From NCBI GenBank assembly GCA_963662465.1, contig OY759599.1, positions 6,912,001 through 6,976,000 on the forward strand: a DNA stretch of 64,000 nucleotides, written 5' to 3'. Origin of the DNA: Desulfatiglandales bacterium (GTDB lineage Bacteria; Desulfobacterota; DSM-4660; Desulfatiglandales; Desulfatiglandaceae). A program made the position numbers and the translations under genes. The stretch's first letter is position 1; each line of letters opens with the position of its first letter. Below are positions 1 to 10,478 of the stretch, piece after piece. The notes below the pieces were generated by a model. That model saw only the letters and a list, made by a program, of their open reading frames with translations, searched no databases and was not told the DNA's origin.

Positions 1-32
1 TCTGGAGCGTTGTTTTTCAGCGATGGAGAGAA

Positions 33-1091
33 TCAACAACATTGTTCAGCTGTTTTTTGCCCTTGATTCGGATCTGGAAGTCCTCTCGATGTCGCAAGAA
101 ACAGGCCTCTGATGAGGGTGTCGTTTCGGAGGGTCAAATTGGATGTGAAGATAACCGAGCGAGCGATCTTCCGCGAGATTTTCACGTCTTTACCGCTCTT
201 ATAGTTACGCCTTTTGTTTATGTTTCTGAGGGTAAAAACCGCCATGCCGATCGCCCATAGGCAAAATTTCCGTATGCCTGTTTCCTGTCTTGGAATAAGC
301 AATGTGAAGTTCAATCCTTTCGAGAGATGGCCGCGAGCAATGCTGATCAACTGCGCCAGTCCTTCCCCAAAAGGGTCTTCGTATTTCCCGGAAGACAGTG
401 ACGCGAGATTGTAGCCCACACCCTCGAAGACGTCCCTGGGCAACCAGCAAACGCCCCGTTGTAGGTCATCCCATAAGTCCTTTAAAATATTGGTCATTTG
501 CAGGCCCTGACCGAATGAAACCGCCAGCTTCATCATCTTTTCCCGACGCTTCGACATTTCCGCCGAATATCCACAAAAAAGCTCGGTTAACATTTCTCCT
601 ACAACCCCGGCCACGTGATAACAGTAGCTGTTCAGTTCATGAATGTCCTTCAGCCCGAGGAGAGATTCCCTTTCCTGAAAATGCTGCATTCCTTCCGACA
701 TAATTCTGGCGCAGCGTCTCAGAGCGGCCCGTTGTGAAGCATTAAATGCGAAATGGGTTTTTACAACCAGTGGAATGTTTAAAATGAGTTGTTTTTCGGC
801 ATCCGATGTCTGGTGGGACAATAGGGGATGAAGACTTTGAGCAAATCGATTCGGCGACGCTTTTCCTTCCAGTACATCATTGAACTCTCGAAAGAAAATA
901 CGTTTCTGTTCGAGCGGTATCGTTTCTTCGTCTTCGATGGTGTCTGCGATTCGACATAAAAGATACCCGTTCGTGACCGGCTCCCGAAGACCACCCGGCA
1001 ACTGAGGAATAGTGAGAGCGAAAGAACGTGAGACACCCTGAAGCAACCGTTCGGTGTGGTCGTGCTGTATCAGTTCGCGGTTTTTTTCCAT
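33..1091 (-). CDS. Squalene/phytoene synthase family protein (farnesyl-diphosphate farnesyltransferase-like)
   Basis: Motifs VSRSFALTI, YLLCRIADTIED, YCYHVAGVVG and GLQMTNILKD. Confidence 0.88.
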   Translation of the reverse strand: MEKNRELIQHDHTERLLQGVSRSFALTIPQLPGGLREPVTNGYLLCRIADTIEDEETIPLEQKRIFFREFNDVLEGKASPNRFAQSLHPLLSHQTSDAEKQLILNIPLVVKTHFAFNASQRAALRRCARIMSEGMQHFQERESLLGLKDIHELNSYCYHVAGVVGEMLTELFCGYSAEMSKRREKMMKLAVSFGQGLQMTNILKDLWDDLQRGVCWLPRDVFEGVGYNLASLSSGKYEDPFGEGLAQLISIARGHLSKGLNFTLLIPRQETGIRKFCLWAIGMAVFTLRNINKRRNYKSGKDVKISRKIARSVIFTSNLTLRNDTLIRGLFLATSRGLPDPNQGQKTAEQCC

Positions 1092-1580
1092 AATACAGGC
1101 TCCTGACAGCTTTCTGCCAAATTTAGCTCAACTATCTGAATTGATAAGCGATTTTAATAGACATTATTGAATAGGTTTGCTAGATTGTGCCTGAACGGTA
1201 TCCCATTTTCTATCGATTTGTCAACTGCTTACGACACGTATAGCAATCCGAATTTTTCCAAATTATTTGTTAAACAAAAGATGGGCAGTTGGCGCTTGCA
1301 AAACAACAAACAGAGTCCAAAATAGAAACACGAAAAGATCTTCGTCTTGAAAAAAAGCTAAACACGCTCCAGAAAGAGTTAGAGGAATACGACAAAGAGC
1401 TTGACGGCTTTCAGGCAGCCTTAAAAGAAATGCCCCTGCCGATATCCCAACCAGTGGGTTGCACGCACGGTGAATTTGTTCTAACGCTAATCCATTGATT
1501 TGTTTGAATTGATGTGTCCTTCATAAGGTTTTGATATCAAAGGTTTACAAATAGAACAAATTTGCCCTGGGGTTGCACGC

Positions 1581-1617
1581 TTGACAATTGAGATTTCCAT
1601 GTGTATTGTTCTACACA
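1581..1617 (+). promoter_or_regulatory. Sigma70-like promoter of vapBC with overlapping palindromic operator
   Basis: TTGACA (1581) + 17 nt + TATTGT; inverted repeat TGTGTA-N6-TACACA at 1600-1617; RBS AGGAGG downstream. Confidence 0.6.
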
Positions 1618-1631
1618 GTAGGAGGTGTATC

Positions 1632-1823
1632 ATGAGAACCAATATTGTATTGGATGATAAACTTATGGAAGAGGCGATGATGTTAAGCGGCGCCACGACA
1701 AAAAAGGAATTAATTTCAGATGCGTTACGGGAGTTCATCATTACCCGCAAGAGACTTAATCTGTTGGATCTCGACGGCAAGATTGAATTCAGGGAAGCCT
1801 ATGATTATAAGGGCCTACGGTAA
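1632..1823 (+). CDS. vapB: VapB-family antitoxin
   Basis: MRTNIVLDDKLMEEAM..TKKELI signature; RBS before ATG 1632; directly upstream of a PIN gene. Confidence 0.85.
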   Translation: MRTNIVLDDKLMEEAMMLSGATTKKELISDALREFIITRKRLNLLDLDGKIEFREAYDYKGLR

Positions 1824-1828
1824 GGGCG

Positions 1829-2227
1829 ATGATTCTGGTTGATACGTCGGTTCTGATCGATCTTTTTAAAGGCGTTTCCAATACGCCGGCCAACAGGATG
1901 CGGGAGGTTTTGGCCCATCAGATACCCTTTGGCATTACATCGATTATCTATCAGGAAGTGTTGCAAGGTGCGAAATCGGAGAAAGAATATGCCCTTTTGA
2001 GAGATTATCTTTCCTCTCAGCGTTTTTTCCATCCGCGAGACGCGGTGAAATCATATTCAGAGGCGGCGTTTATCTACTTTTCCTGCCGAAAAAGAGGCAT
2101 TACCGTTCATAGCACTATTGATTGCCTGATTGCCCAAATAGCTCTGGAGCAAAAACTCCTGCTCCTTCACAATGACCGGGATTTTGATGCTATGGCGCCG
2201 ATTGTCGGCTTGCGTTTTTATTCTTGA
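1829..2227 (+). CDS. vapC: VapC PIN-domain toxin
   Basis: MILVDTSVLI, E-V-L-Q-G, DCLIA and HNDRDF acidic PIN motifs. Confidence 0.9.
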   Translation: MILVDTSVLIDLFKGVSNTPANRMREVLAHQIPFGITSIIYQEVLQGAKSEKEYALLRDYLSSQRFFHPRDAVKSYSEAAFIYFSCRKRGITVHSTIDCLIAQIALEQKLLLLHNDRDFDAMAPIVGLRFYS

Positions 2228-2250
2228 CTGATTTCAGAAGGGAGGAATCC

Positions 2251-2613
2251 ATGAACTGCGAAAGATGTAATGCAAACATTCCAGCAGGTGATGAAATGGT
2301 GTACTTGGGGCAAACCCTGTGTGAAGACTGTTACATGGATGCCCTGTCGCCTGCGCGTACGTGTGATCCTTGGGAGGTATACAGCGCCAAATCCTTTGAA
2401 AAACATGCGGGAAGATCTGTTGTTACCGAGATTCAGGAACGGATTCTTGAAATTTTGAAGGAGACGGGGGGGATAGAACGCCCCATGCTCCTGGAGCGGC
2501 TTAAGGGTGACATAACGGCCTCGGAATTGGATCGGGAGCTGGCGACCTTAAGGCATATGGAGAAAACCCGTGGCGAAAAAAGGGGCGACCGAGTATTTAT
2601 GCGCCTTTGGTAA
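2251..2613 (+). CDS. Hypothetical protein with N-terminal CxxC..CxxC Zn-binding motif and C-terminal winged-helix-like region
   Basis: CERC..LCEDC..CDPW; GGAGG RBS before ATG 2251. Confidence 0.6.
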   Translation: MNCERCNANIPAGDEMVYLGQTLCEDCYMDALSPARTCDPWEVYSAKSFEKHAGRSVVTEIQERILEILKETGGIERPMLLERLKGDITASELDRELATLRHMEKTRGEKRGDRVFMRLW

Positions 2614-2662
2614 AATGGCGGCATCTAAAAGATGATTAAATCCGTGCTGAGGAAACCGGCCT

Positions 2663-4972
2663 TCAGCCGTTTTGATTTACATATTCCACCAGGCCCCGAA
2701 CCACCTTTTCAGCATCTCGTTGGCGCAATTCCTCAAAGCGCAGCGCCCAGGCGTGATCCGTATAGGCCAGGTTTCGCATTTCCAGCATTACCTTGATGTG
2801 GGCAGGGTTGTTTCGCAGTACGCACAGGTTCTGCCCCCGGGTAAATGCCCCGGCGCCCATGGATGAAAGCATGGCAGTCGCGAATTTTTTTGAAACCTGG
2901 TCGACATACCCGCTGTTACGACTTCGGTAATAAATGATCAGGGGCGCTTCGGGGGAACGGTGATCAATGTCCGCATGAAAGGAAAGGAACATGCGTTGTT
3001 TTGGCGGGACGTTTTTAAACGCCTTGCGGGCAATATCCACCCGATGGGAAAGGTTTCCGTTGCGCCCTCCCTTTGGCCAATTGGCCTTTCGGTTGCCTTT
3101 GTTCATTGCGGGACTGTTGTAAACTTCATTTTTTTCATTGACAAATGTTTGCACGGGGGGATCTGAATGGCGAATCAAGTGATTGGGGCTTAACAGGGTC
3201 AGGGTGACGGTTGCGCCGTGAAGGCGCAGCAGTACGTACACGCGCAAGGCGATATCGTATACATATTCATCCTCGACCACGTAGACTTTGTCGCCGTTTC
3301 CATCCATGTTTTCAACCACCGCTCCCGGGTCCATGCCTCCGTGACCGGGGTCCAGCACAATGTGCCAACCTTTCAAAGTATTGCTGAGACGTCCCATTTT
3401 TGAAATCCGCCCATCAAAATCCACTTGAAGCCTCCGGGCTTGCCGGTAGGCTTTCGAAAGGGGCATGGTCGCGCCTTCATAATATCGAGGGTGGCTCTGG
3501 CGGACGGCCCGAGGCCGTTTTCCAAAATATGGCCCGTTGCCGGCCTGAATTTTTTTGAGATCCTTTGAGCTGGGAATCAAGTCGTCCCAATTGATTTCAC
3601 CGGTTTTGAGCGATTCTTTTCCCTTGCCCAGGAGTGGACTGACCTTCAACTGATCTCCGGGATGGATCAGGGACGTGCGCATGTTGTTAGCTTTTTTTAA
3701 TTCCGCCACGCTCATCTGGTGCAGGCGGGCAATGCCGCCTAGATAATCACCCGTTTTGACGGTGTAGGTGTTAAAGGGTTCGGATTGTTTGACGCCCAGC
3801 TGCAATTCCTGCCCGGGATAAATTCGGTCGGAGGTGAGTCCGTTCAGTTTTTTGATGTCCGCAACGGTCAATCCATAGGCCTGGGCCACTTCCCACAATG
3901 CATCCCCACTTTCAACGATATGGACGTGTTGGGGCGCTGTTTTGAGGCGTAATTTTTGTCCGACCACAATTTTGCTGTCTTCAATCCCGTTGATATCCAT
4001 TAACGTGGTCAATGCCATTCGGTATTTCAAGGCGATTAAAGACAGGGTTTCGCCCGAACGAACCACATGTACTGCTTCATCCAGCGACGATGGGCGGAGC
4101 TGCAATGTTTGCCCCGGATGAATCTGGTCCGTTTTGAGGCCGTTCAACTGTCTGAGAAGGCCGAGCCCTACGTCAAACCGCTGTGCGATGATGGACAAAC
4201 TGTCTCCCGCTTTGACCGTATACTCAAATTGTTCTTCAACGGTTTCGTCGTCGTCCGCTTCATCTTCAATGGGTTCAATAAGGTTGAGGTCCATGCCGGG
4301 TGTGACGGTACTGCTTTTCAATCGGTTGAATTTTTTAAGATCATTGACGTCAAGATCATACCGACGGGCAATGCGCCAGAGGGACTCTCCCTTTTGGACC
4401 ACATGACGCGTCGCCGGTTTTTGGGCCTCGTGGGATGCACCGATCTTGAGCCTTTGCCCGGTATAGATCCGGTCCCCGGAAATGTTATTGAGGCTTCGAA
4501 GCGCCGGCACGGAGATGCCTGATTGGGCGGCGATTTCAGAGAGAGTGTCGCCGCTATTGACCCGGTAATGCTGAAAAAGGGATTTGGATTGAATCAGGAG
4601 GCGTTGCCCCTCAAAAATCTTGTCGTTCCGGAGTTTATTCCACTGTTTCAATTGTTTTATTGAGGCTTTATAGTGCAGCGCAATGCTGCCCAGGGTGTCG
4701 CCCCGTTTTACAATGTGAACCGACGATGGGTTTGTTTCTTCGGCGCGGGCGCCACGAGTGTTGCCCCAAAACAGAATGGGTGTTACAATAATCTGAAGGC
4801 AAAAAATAAAGAGAAGGATTTTGATGATCCTTAAAAGGCGAGGATAATGTAAGCCGTGAGGTGAATTCATATCAAGCATTATGCCACTTTGAGATCCACA
4901 AGAGAGGTGCATGTGGCAATTGAAGATTCCTAAAAATGAGGGAAAAAAACGCCATGCAATCTCTTTTAGCAC
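2663..4972 (-). CDS. LysM-repeat (7x) N-acetylmuramoyl-L-alanine amidase (Amidase_3); true start probably downstream of 4972
   Basis: Seven VxxGD(S/T)L..IA..N.L..I.PGQ.L repeats; LDPGHGG, E, SFHAD and LEMRN Zn-amidase motifs; N-terminal hydrophobic segment. Confidence 0.9.
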   Translation of the reverse strand: MLKEIAWRFFPSFLGIFNCHMHLSCGSQSGIMLDMNSPHGLHYPRLLRIIKILLFIFCLQIIVTPILFWGNTRGARAEETNPSSVHIVKRGDTLGSIALHYKASIKQLKQWNKLRNDKIFEGQRLLIQSKSLFQHYRVNSGDTLSEIAAQSGISVPALRSLNNISGDRIYTGQRLKIGASHEAQKPATRHVVQKGESLWRIARRYDLDVNDLKKFNRLKSSTVTPGMDLNLIEPIEDEADDDETVEEQFEYTVKAGDSLSIIAQRFDVGLGLLRQLNGLKTDQIHPGQTLQLRPSSLDEAVHVVRSGETLSLIALKYRMALTTLMDINGIEDSKIVVGQKLRLKTAPQHVHIVESGDALWEVAQAYGLTVADIKKLNGLTSDRIYPGQELQLGVKQSEPFNTYTVKTGDYLGGIARLHQMSVAELKKANNMRTSLIHPGDQLKVSPLLGKGKESLKTGEINWDDLIPSSKDLKKIQAGNGPYFGKRPRAVRQSHPRYYEGATMPLSKAYRQARRLQVDFDGRISKMGRLSNTLKGWHIVLDPGHGGMDPGAVVENMDGNGDKVYVVEDEYVYDIALRVYVLLRLHGATVTLTLLSPNHLIRHSDPPVQTFVNEKNEVYNSPAMNKGNRKANWPKGGRNGNLSHRVDIARKAFKNVPPKQRMFLSFHADIDHRSPEAPLIIYYRSRNSGYVDQVSKKFATAMLSSMGAGAFTRGQNLCVLRNNPAHIKVMLEMRNLAYTDHAWALRFEELRQRDAEKVVRGLVEYVNQNG

Positions 4973-5051
4973 GGTAACGGCGTTCTCGGCAATAAAATAC
5001 TGGTTTTCATGGTCAATCGGTTACGAATATCTTTTATTAAGGAGTCGCGTT

Positions 5052-6152
5052 ATGCCATTCAACCTGCCGGAATATTGCCGGCCCGATTTTCGTCAGCCGC
5101 CCTTTACGTCGGCGCCGACGGTTGTTTTTCAACCGGTGGTACAAGCCGGTGTTGCGCCGGAGAACTATCATGGTACATCGATCTATCCTGAATATTTCCA
5201 GATCAGGAAAGGAAAGTGGGTTCTTCTGCAAGAATCGAGGATGGATTGTGTGGTGGTGCTGGTGAAGGATGAGGTCCTTGCCGTGCGTGAATTTCGGCAT
5301 CTCAATCCGGGCGACTTAGTTGCCCGCGGCAGACGGGAAAACGGAGAAGAAGGAATTTTCGTGCATGCGGGCGCCTTTGATTTGACCGAAGACCCTTCGC
5401 GGAAATTTGCCTTTAGAACGCGGATCACCCGGGAAACGTCTTTTTCCATCGACTACGATCAACTCTACGACCTTCTGGCCTACGAACGAAAGAACGGCTT
5501 TATTGTGTGGGTGTTGGGGCCTGCGGTGGTCTTTGACAGGGATGCCCGTGATGCCTTTGCGGCTCTGGTGGAGAAGGGCTATGTGCATGCGGTGCTGGCC
5601 GGAAATGCTCTGGCGACTCACGATCTGGAGGCAGCCTTTTTTTCTACCGCCCTGGGGCAGGATATCTATTCCAAGAAGGGGTTGCCCCTGGGACACTACA
5701 ACCATCTGGATGCCATCAACCGCATCAGGGGCCTTGGATCCATTGAAGCGGCCGTCGGGAAAGGGGTCGTCAAGGATGGCATCATGCGGGCCCTCATCCG
5801 AAAAGGGATTCCCTATGTATTGGCCGGTTCCATCCGCGACGACGGTCCCCTTCCCGAAGTGGCGGGGGATGTCTACGGAGCCCAGGATCGGATGAGGGCC
5901 TACTCCCGGAAGGCCACCACGGTCATTGCCCTTGCAACACAGCTTCATGCCATCGCCGTGGGCAATATGACGCCTGCCTACAAGGTGATGAAGGGTGATG
6001 GGGTACGGCCCGTTTATTTTTTTATCGTGGATATGTCCGAGTTTGCCGCAAGCAAACTGGCCAACCGGGGGTCCCTGTCGGCCCGTTCCATTCTCACCAA
6101 TGTTCAGGATTTTATTGTAACGGTGGAAAGGGGACTGAGGCGGCACAAATAA
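5052..6152 (+). CDS. LOR/SDH conserved-domain protein (ornithine cyclodeaminase / ArgZ C-terminal-like)
   Basis: RMDC, LAGNALATHD, VLAGSIRDDGPLP, LHAIAVGN and KLANRGS motifs; GGAG RBS before ATG 5052. Confidence 0.75.
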   Translation: MPFNLPEYCRPDFRQPPFTSAPTVVFQPVVQAGVAPENYHGTSIYPEYFQIRKGKWVLLQESRMDCVVVLVKDEVLAVREFRHLNPGDLVARGRRENGEEGIFVHAGAFDLTEDPSRKFAFRTRITRETSFSIDYDQLYDLLAYERKNGFIVWVLGPAVVFDRDARDAFAALVEKGYVHAVLAGNALATHDLEAAFFSTALGQDIYSKKGLPLGHYNHLDAINRIRGLGSIEAAVGKGVVKDGIMRALIRKGIPYVLAGSIRDDGPLPEVAGDVYGAQDRMRAYSRKATTVIALATQLHAIAVGNMTPAYKVMKGDGVRPVYFFIVDMSEFAASKLANRGSLSARSILTNVQDFIVTVERGLRRHK

Positions 6153-6175
6153 CCGCCACGTTCATGATTGGCATT

Positions 6176-7135
6176 TTACGGCCAGGTTGCCTTGATTTCC
6201 TGAATGATGCCTTCTATTTCCTCAAGTGCGTTTTTTGCTTCATCCTGGGAAACAGGGAGAAAACTCACCCTGTTCCCGGGTTTTAGCTGTCCCAGCCGGT
6301 GAAGATCAGCGGAAATGACGACGGCAATTTTTCGGTATCCCCCCGTGACGGTTTCGCCCAGAATGATAATGGGCTGACCATCACCGGGCGTTTGTATGGC
6401 GCCCGGGACAACCCCTTCTGAAATGATTGATTTTTTAAACCCTTCCTTTGTCCTGAGGGGAGGGCCTGCCAATCTGATGCCCGCACGGTTCGATTGTTCC
6501 GTTACCCTGAAAGCGCTTTCCTGAAATAGCGTCAACGTTTCAAGGGAAAAATGATCGTGGTGGGATCCCATAATGACCTTCACCGAACAATCCGTGGGAT
6601 ATTGGGGGATTGCGTTGGCGGGGAGACTTCGTTTTTCCGTATCCAAATGCAAATGGGGGGCGTTGGAACCGAGAATATCCCCTTTTTGTAAGGGCCTTCC
6701 CGCAATGCCGCCAAATCGACCGCCCAGATTGGTGGATTTGCTTCCGAGTACTGCCTCTGCATTAAAACCGCCGCCAACCGCCAGGTAAGCCCTGCACCCG
6801 CTCTTGGGCCCTTTAAACGATAGGATATCCCCTTTTTTCATGACAATGGACCTCCACATGGGGACCGGCCGGTCATTAATCCGAGGTTGCAGATCCGCCC
6901 CCGTAATGGCAATCGCCACATGGGCATGCGCCTTCATAACAGGTCCCATGATCGTCATTTCGAGGCATGCCTCGTTTTCCGAATTGCCCACCATCAGGTT
7001 CCCCACCCGCAATGAGAATGAATCCACCGCGCCGCTTTGCGCAACCCCGTATTGACCGTAACCGACCCGACCTTGATCCTGCAAGGTGGTCAAGGGACCG
7101 GGTATCATAACCTCCAGGATTTTTACCCCTGCCAA
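6176..7135 (-). CDS. pxpC: 5-oxoprolinase subunit C (allophanate hydrolase subunit 2 family)
   Basis: TTLQDQGRVG, GCRAYLAVGGG, SNRAGIRL and TGGY motifs. Confidence 0.88.
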   Translation of the reverse strand: MAGVKILEVMIPGPLTTLQDQGRVGYGQYGVAQSGAVDSFSLRVGNLMVGNSENEACLEMTIMGPVMKAHAHVAIAITGADLQPRINDRPVPMWRSIVMKKGDILSFKGPKSGCRAYLAVGGGFNAEAVLGSKSTNLGGRFGGIAGRPLQKGDILGSNAPHLHLDTEKRSLPANAIPQYPTDCSVKVIMGSHHDHFSLETLTLFQESAFRVTEQSNRAGIRLAGPPLRTKEGFKKSIISEGVVPGAIQTPGDGQPIIILGETVTGGYRKIAVVISADLHRLGQLKPGNRVSFLPVSQDEAKNALEEIEGIIQEIKATWP

Positions 7136-7827
7136 TGGTCTATTTCCTCCTCGGTTGCCCGGTAGAAATGCACCCGGTCTCCCATTTTGAGGAGCGCCGG
7201 GGGATTGTTTGAAGGATCAAAAAGTGAGAGCGGCGTGCGCCCGATGATTTGCCACCCTCCGGGACTGCTGGTGGAATAGATTCCGGTTTGCTCCTGTGCC
7301 AGTCCCACCGAACCCTTCGGCACCAGGGTCCGGGGTGTTTCCTTGCGAGGCGTAACAAGGCCTTTAGGAAGTTCTCCCATATAGGGGAATCCCGGCATGA
7401 AGCCGATCATGTAAACATGGTAGATCGTTTCCGTATGCAGGCGGATGACTTCATCAGAAGAAATGCCGTGATGCTCTGCCACCCATTCCAGGTCCGGTCC
7501 GAATTTTCCCCCGTAAACAACTGGAATTTGAATTTCCGTTGTTTCAGGGATTTCGAACGAATCCATTTTATCCAGGAGGGCATCAACTTTTTTTCGCACC
7601 AATGACGCGTTGGTTTTGAGAGGGTCAAAAACCAACATGAGCGAGCAATACCCGGGTATGATGTCCACAACCTCTTTAAGCGAGGTTTTTTCAATGGTTA
7701 AAAAAAGTTTCCTGACCCTTTGATTGACGTCAATGCGGATAACACCCCCCCATTCCACAAGGAGGGCGCGATCTCCCATTTCCCGATATATGGGATGGTC
7801 GTAGGCCATCTCTTCCTTAGCTTTCAA
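7123..7827 (-). CDS. pxpB: 5-oxoprolinase subunit B
   Basis: GDRALLVE, IPVVYGG..GPDL, GFMPGFPY and SPGGWQIIGRT motifs. Confidence 0.9.
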   Translation of the reverse strand: MKAKEEMAYDHPIYREMGDRALLVEWGGVIRIDVNQRVRKLFLTIEKTSLKEVVDIIPGYCSLMLVFDPLKTNASLVRKKVDALLDKMDSFEIPETTEIQIPVVYGGKFGPDLEWVAEHHGISSDEVIRLHTETIYHVYMIGFMPGFPYMGELPKGLVTPRKETPRTLVPKGSVGLAQEQTGIYSTSSPGGWQIIGRTPLSLFDPSNNPPALLKMGDRVHFYRATEEEIDHWQG

Positions 7828-7851
7828 CTTTCAAGCTCCCAGTCCCGATTA

Positions 7852-9642
7852 TCAGAGTTCCGGCAGCTTCCTTAGCCCCGCGCTCGCCAGGAGTTCGTCC
7901 AGATCTCCCCGGTTGGAATAGAAGATCCCCTCGGCCTGCATCAACCTGGTGGCCTTATCCGTAAAGCCTGAATGGGAAAAGAACCAGCATCGCAGCCGCT
8001 GGAGGCCTTTTCCTTCAAACTCCCGTGTCAGGGTGGCTTTTTCAAGGAAAATTCGGATATCACTGGGGCCGGTCTTCCGATCCAGCTGCCATTTGCTCTC
8101 ACATATCCACACCTCGGCCCCGGCTGCCGCATATATGTCGATCTCCCGGCCTTCGCCGGCGCCGAGCCGCACCCGGTGGTGGATGTAGCTGAAAAGCCAG
8201 GGTACCGGTACGTCTTCCCGGCAATGAACTAAGCGGCCCGGCAATGTCTTGTTCTGGAAATTCCACAGAACCTGTGCCAGATAGACTTCGCCGAGATACC
8301 CTTTCTGGTCGCGGATCCGTTTTTCCATGAGTTGATACCGTATTCTCAGATCATTTTGAACCCGAGCCTGGTCCTGACCTTCCACCTGAATTTTACCCCA
8401 GACTTTAAGAAACGCCAGGAGGATCGGATCCTGAACTTTCCGGAACCATCCCCCCAGCTCCATGTATTCGAGAAGGTCCCCTCGGGAGAGCTTGATGAGT
8501 ACATCCCGGATCTCTTCGATGGGAACCTCCTGACCCTCGCGTTTTCGGACCTCTTCCTGTATCCGCACCAGGTCCAGCCTGTCCCCTTCTTCCATCGCCG
8601 ACAGATACAGAATGGTCTTGGTGATCCCCGACTGGTTGATCCGCTCGATCCACCGGTTTACCTGGTCGCTCAATTCCCCCCATATAAAGCCGGAAGATAG
8701 GTCCACGGCCAGGATTTCGTTCAGGGCCTCTTCCGATTCGATCTTTTTTCCCTGTTCCGCGGCCTGTTGAATCACCGCACTGATATAAAAGGGATTTCCC
8801 CCAGATCTTTGGGCAAGCACGGGGGCAATTTTTTCCGAAACGGCGGTATGGTAATATGCGGCTGACTTCAGGGCCAGTTCCGCGCCCCAGTATTCTGTCA
8901 TGGCTGAAATGGGCTTGCTCCGGAATCGACCGAACAAGGCTCCCCGGCCCAGGACCTCCCTTGACAAAATGCTCATGGCCGATCCGGTGACAAAATGGGG
9001 GCAGGTGGGGGATTCTACGGCCTCTTGCATCCAGCCCACAATGTCAAAGTCATACTGGGGCAGGCGGGTATTCTGGAATTCATCCAGGAACATGACGATG
9101 GTCGATTCGTCTCTGTCGGAAACCTGACGGGGAAGATGCAGTGCAATCTTTTCGGGAATGGTAACATCTTTTCCCTGCAATGTTTCTAAAAACTTGACGG
9201 CGCTGGAGAAGCCGGGCGTCAGCTCGAGATTGGATCGAATATATTCAGGAAGGCGGTTTCGGGGGATGTCTTTGGGGTCCAGCACGCTGGTTTCCCGCAA
9301 TCTGAAGGCCGTGTACCAGCGCAAAAAATTCTCCGTGTATTCAAGAGCAAATCCCCACCTGTCAATCCCGGTTTCATCAAAGCTATAGTAGACTGGGACC
9401 ACGCTCTTATCGAGGTCCCCGGGATTTTCCTGTTCAAAGAACAGCCGGTTTACCACCCGCTTGAAGATCTCGGTCTTGCCCATGCGCCGCTGCCCCAGAA
9501 GGACGGTGGACATGGTCCGCCGCTCGATGGCAAAAAGGGATGCCCTGTGCAGGAAGTCCAGGTATTCCTGCCGGTTCGTGTACACCGGCTCCGGGACCAG
9601 GGGCCGGATGGCCCAGGGCGGTACGTTCCGTTTGTCGGTCAT
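7852..9642 (-). CDS. P-loop ATPase with C-terminal PD-(D/E)XK nuclease-like domain
   Basis: Walker A GQRRMGKT, Walker B MFLDEFQ, GGNPFY; C-terminal REIDI..ICESKW. Confidence 0.75.
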   Translation of the reverse strand: MTDKRNVPPWAIRPLVPEPVYTNRQEYLDFLHRASLFAIERRTMSTVLLGQRRMGKTEIFKRVVNRLFFEQENPGDLDKSVVPVYYSFDETGIDRWGFALEYTENFLRWYTAFRLRETSVLDPKDIPRNRLPEYIRSNLELTPGFSSAVKFLETLQGKDVTIPEKIALHLPRQVSDRDESTIVMFLDEFQNTRLPQYDFDIVGWMQEAVESPTCPHFVTGSAMSILSREVLGRGALFGRFRSKPISAMTEYWGAELALKSAAYYHTAVSEKIAPVLAQRSGGNPFYISAVIQQAAEQGKKIESEEALNEILAVDLSSGFIWGELSDQVNRWIERINQSGITKTILYLSAMEEGDRLDLVRIQEEVRKREGQEVPIEEIRDVLIKLSRGDLLEYMELGGWFRKVQDPILLAFLKVWGKIQVEGQDQARVQNDLRIRYQLMEKRIRDQKGYLGEVYLAQVLWNFQNKTLPGRLVHCREDVPVPWLFSYIHHRVRLGAGEGREIDIYAAAGAEVWICESKWQLDRKTGPSDIRIFLEKATLTREFEGKGLQRLRCWFFSHSGFTDKATRLMQAEGIFYSNRGDLDELLASAGLRKLPEL

Positions 9643-9698
9643 GATAGTTCTCCGATCATGTCAACCATGAGAATTTTTTTGCCGGGATTTACATGATT

Positions 9699-10478
9699 TT
9701 ACAGAAACGCGCCCATGGGGCAGACCCGGATATCGGAATTCAGAAGGGACGTTCTGATCTTTTTCACCAGGGCCAGGGCCTCGGGGTTATCCCCATGAAC
9801 GCAGATGGTGTCCGCCGACAATTTTATTTCGGTTCCATCAATGGCAGTGACGCTGCCATGGGTGACCAGCCTTATGATCCTTTCGGCCACTGCCGCATCA
9901 TCATGGAGTATGGCCCCCGGCAGTTTGCGACTGACCAGGGACCCATCGGGATTGTAGGCCCTGTCGGCAAAAAACTCAAAGGCGATACGAATGGAATGGT
10001 GCATGGCAATGGCTTCCAGGTCATCCCGGTTGGGCCCGGCCAGAGCCACCAGTATCAGATTTTCGTCCAGCGCCGACAACACCTCGGCGATGATGTTCCA
10101 GATTTCCGTGTCTCGTACGGCCATATTGTAAAGGGCGCCATGGGGTTTTACGTGCTGAAGGGGCAGTCCCCGTTGAGCGGCAAAGGCCTGAAGGGCGCCC
10201 ACCTGGTAGGTTACATAGTGTTTGATCTCTTCCAGGGCGATATCCATGGACCTTCGACCAAATCCCATCAGGTCGGGCAATCCGGGGTGAGCCCCAAGGG
10301 CCACGGAATTTTCCGAGGCAAGGGAGACTGTTCGATTTATCACCGATGGGTCTCCCGCATGGAAGCCACAGGCAATATTGGCCGAGTTGATGAGGGGAAT
10401 TACCGCTTCATCAAGTCCGATTTTATAGGCCCCGAAACTTTCCCCAACATCTGAATTGAGGTCAATTTTTTTTTGCAT
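9699..10478 (-). CDS. pxpA: 5-oxoprolinase subunit A (LamB/YcsF)
   Basis: IDLNSDVGESFG, ANIACGFHAGDP, HVKPHGALYN and TICVHGD motifs. Confidence 0.93.
   Translation of the reverse strand: MQKKIDLNSDVGESFGAYKIGLDEAVIPLINSANIACGFHAGDPSVINRTVSLASENSVALGAHPGLPDLMGFGRRSMDIALEEIKHYVTYQVGALQAFAAQRGLPLQHVKPHGALYNMAVRDTEIWNIIAEVLSALDENLILVALAGPNRDDLEAIAMHHSIRIAFEFFADRAYNPDGSLVSRKLPGAILHDDAAVAERIIRLVTHGSVTAIDGTEIKLSADTICVHGDNPEALALVKKIRTSLLNSDIRVCPMGAFL

Noticed and set aside
1289..1498. 69-aa coiled-coil-like ORF
   Set aside because: TTG start, no clear RBS and no family recognised; possibly a gene fragment but not supportable.
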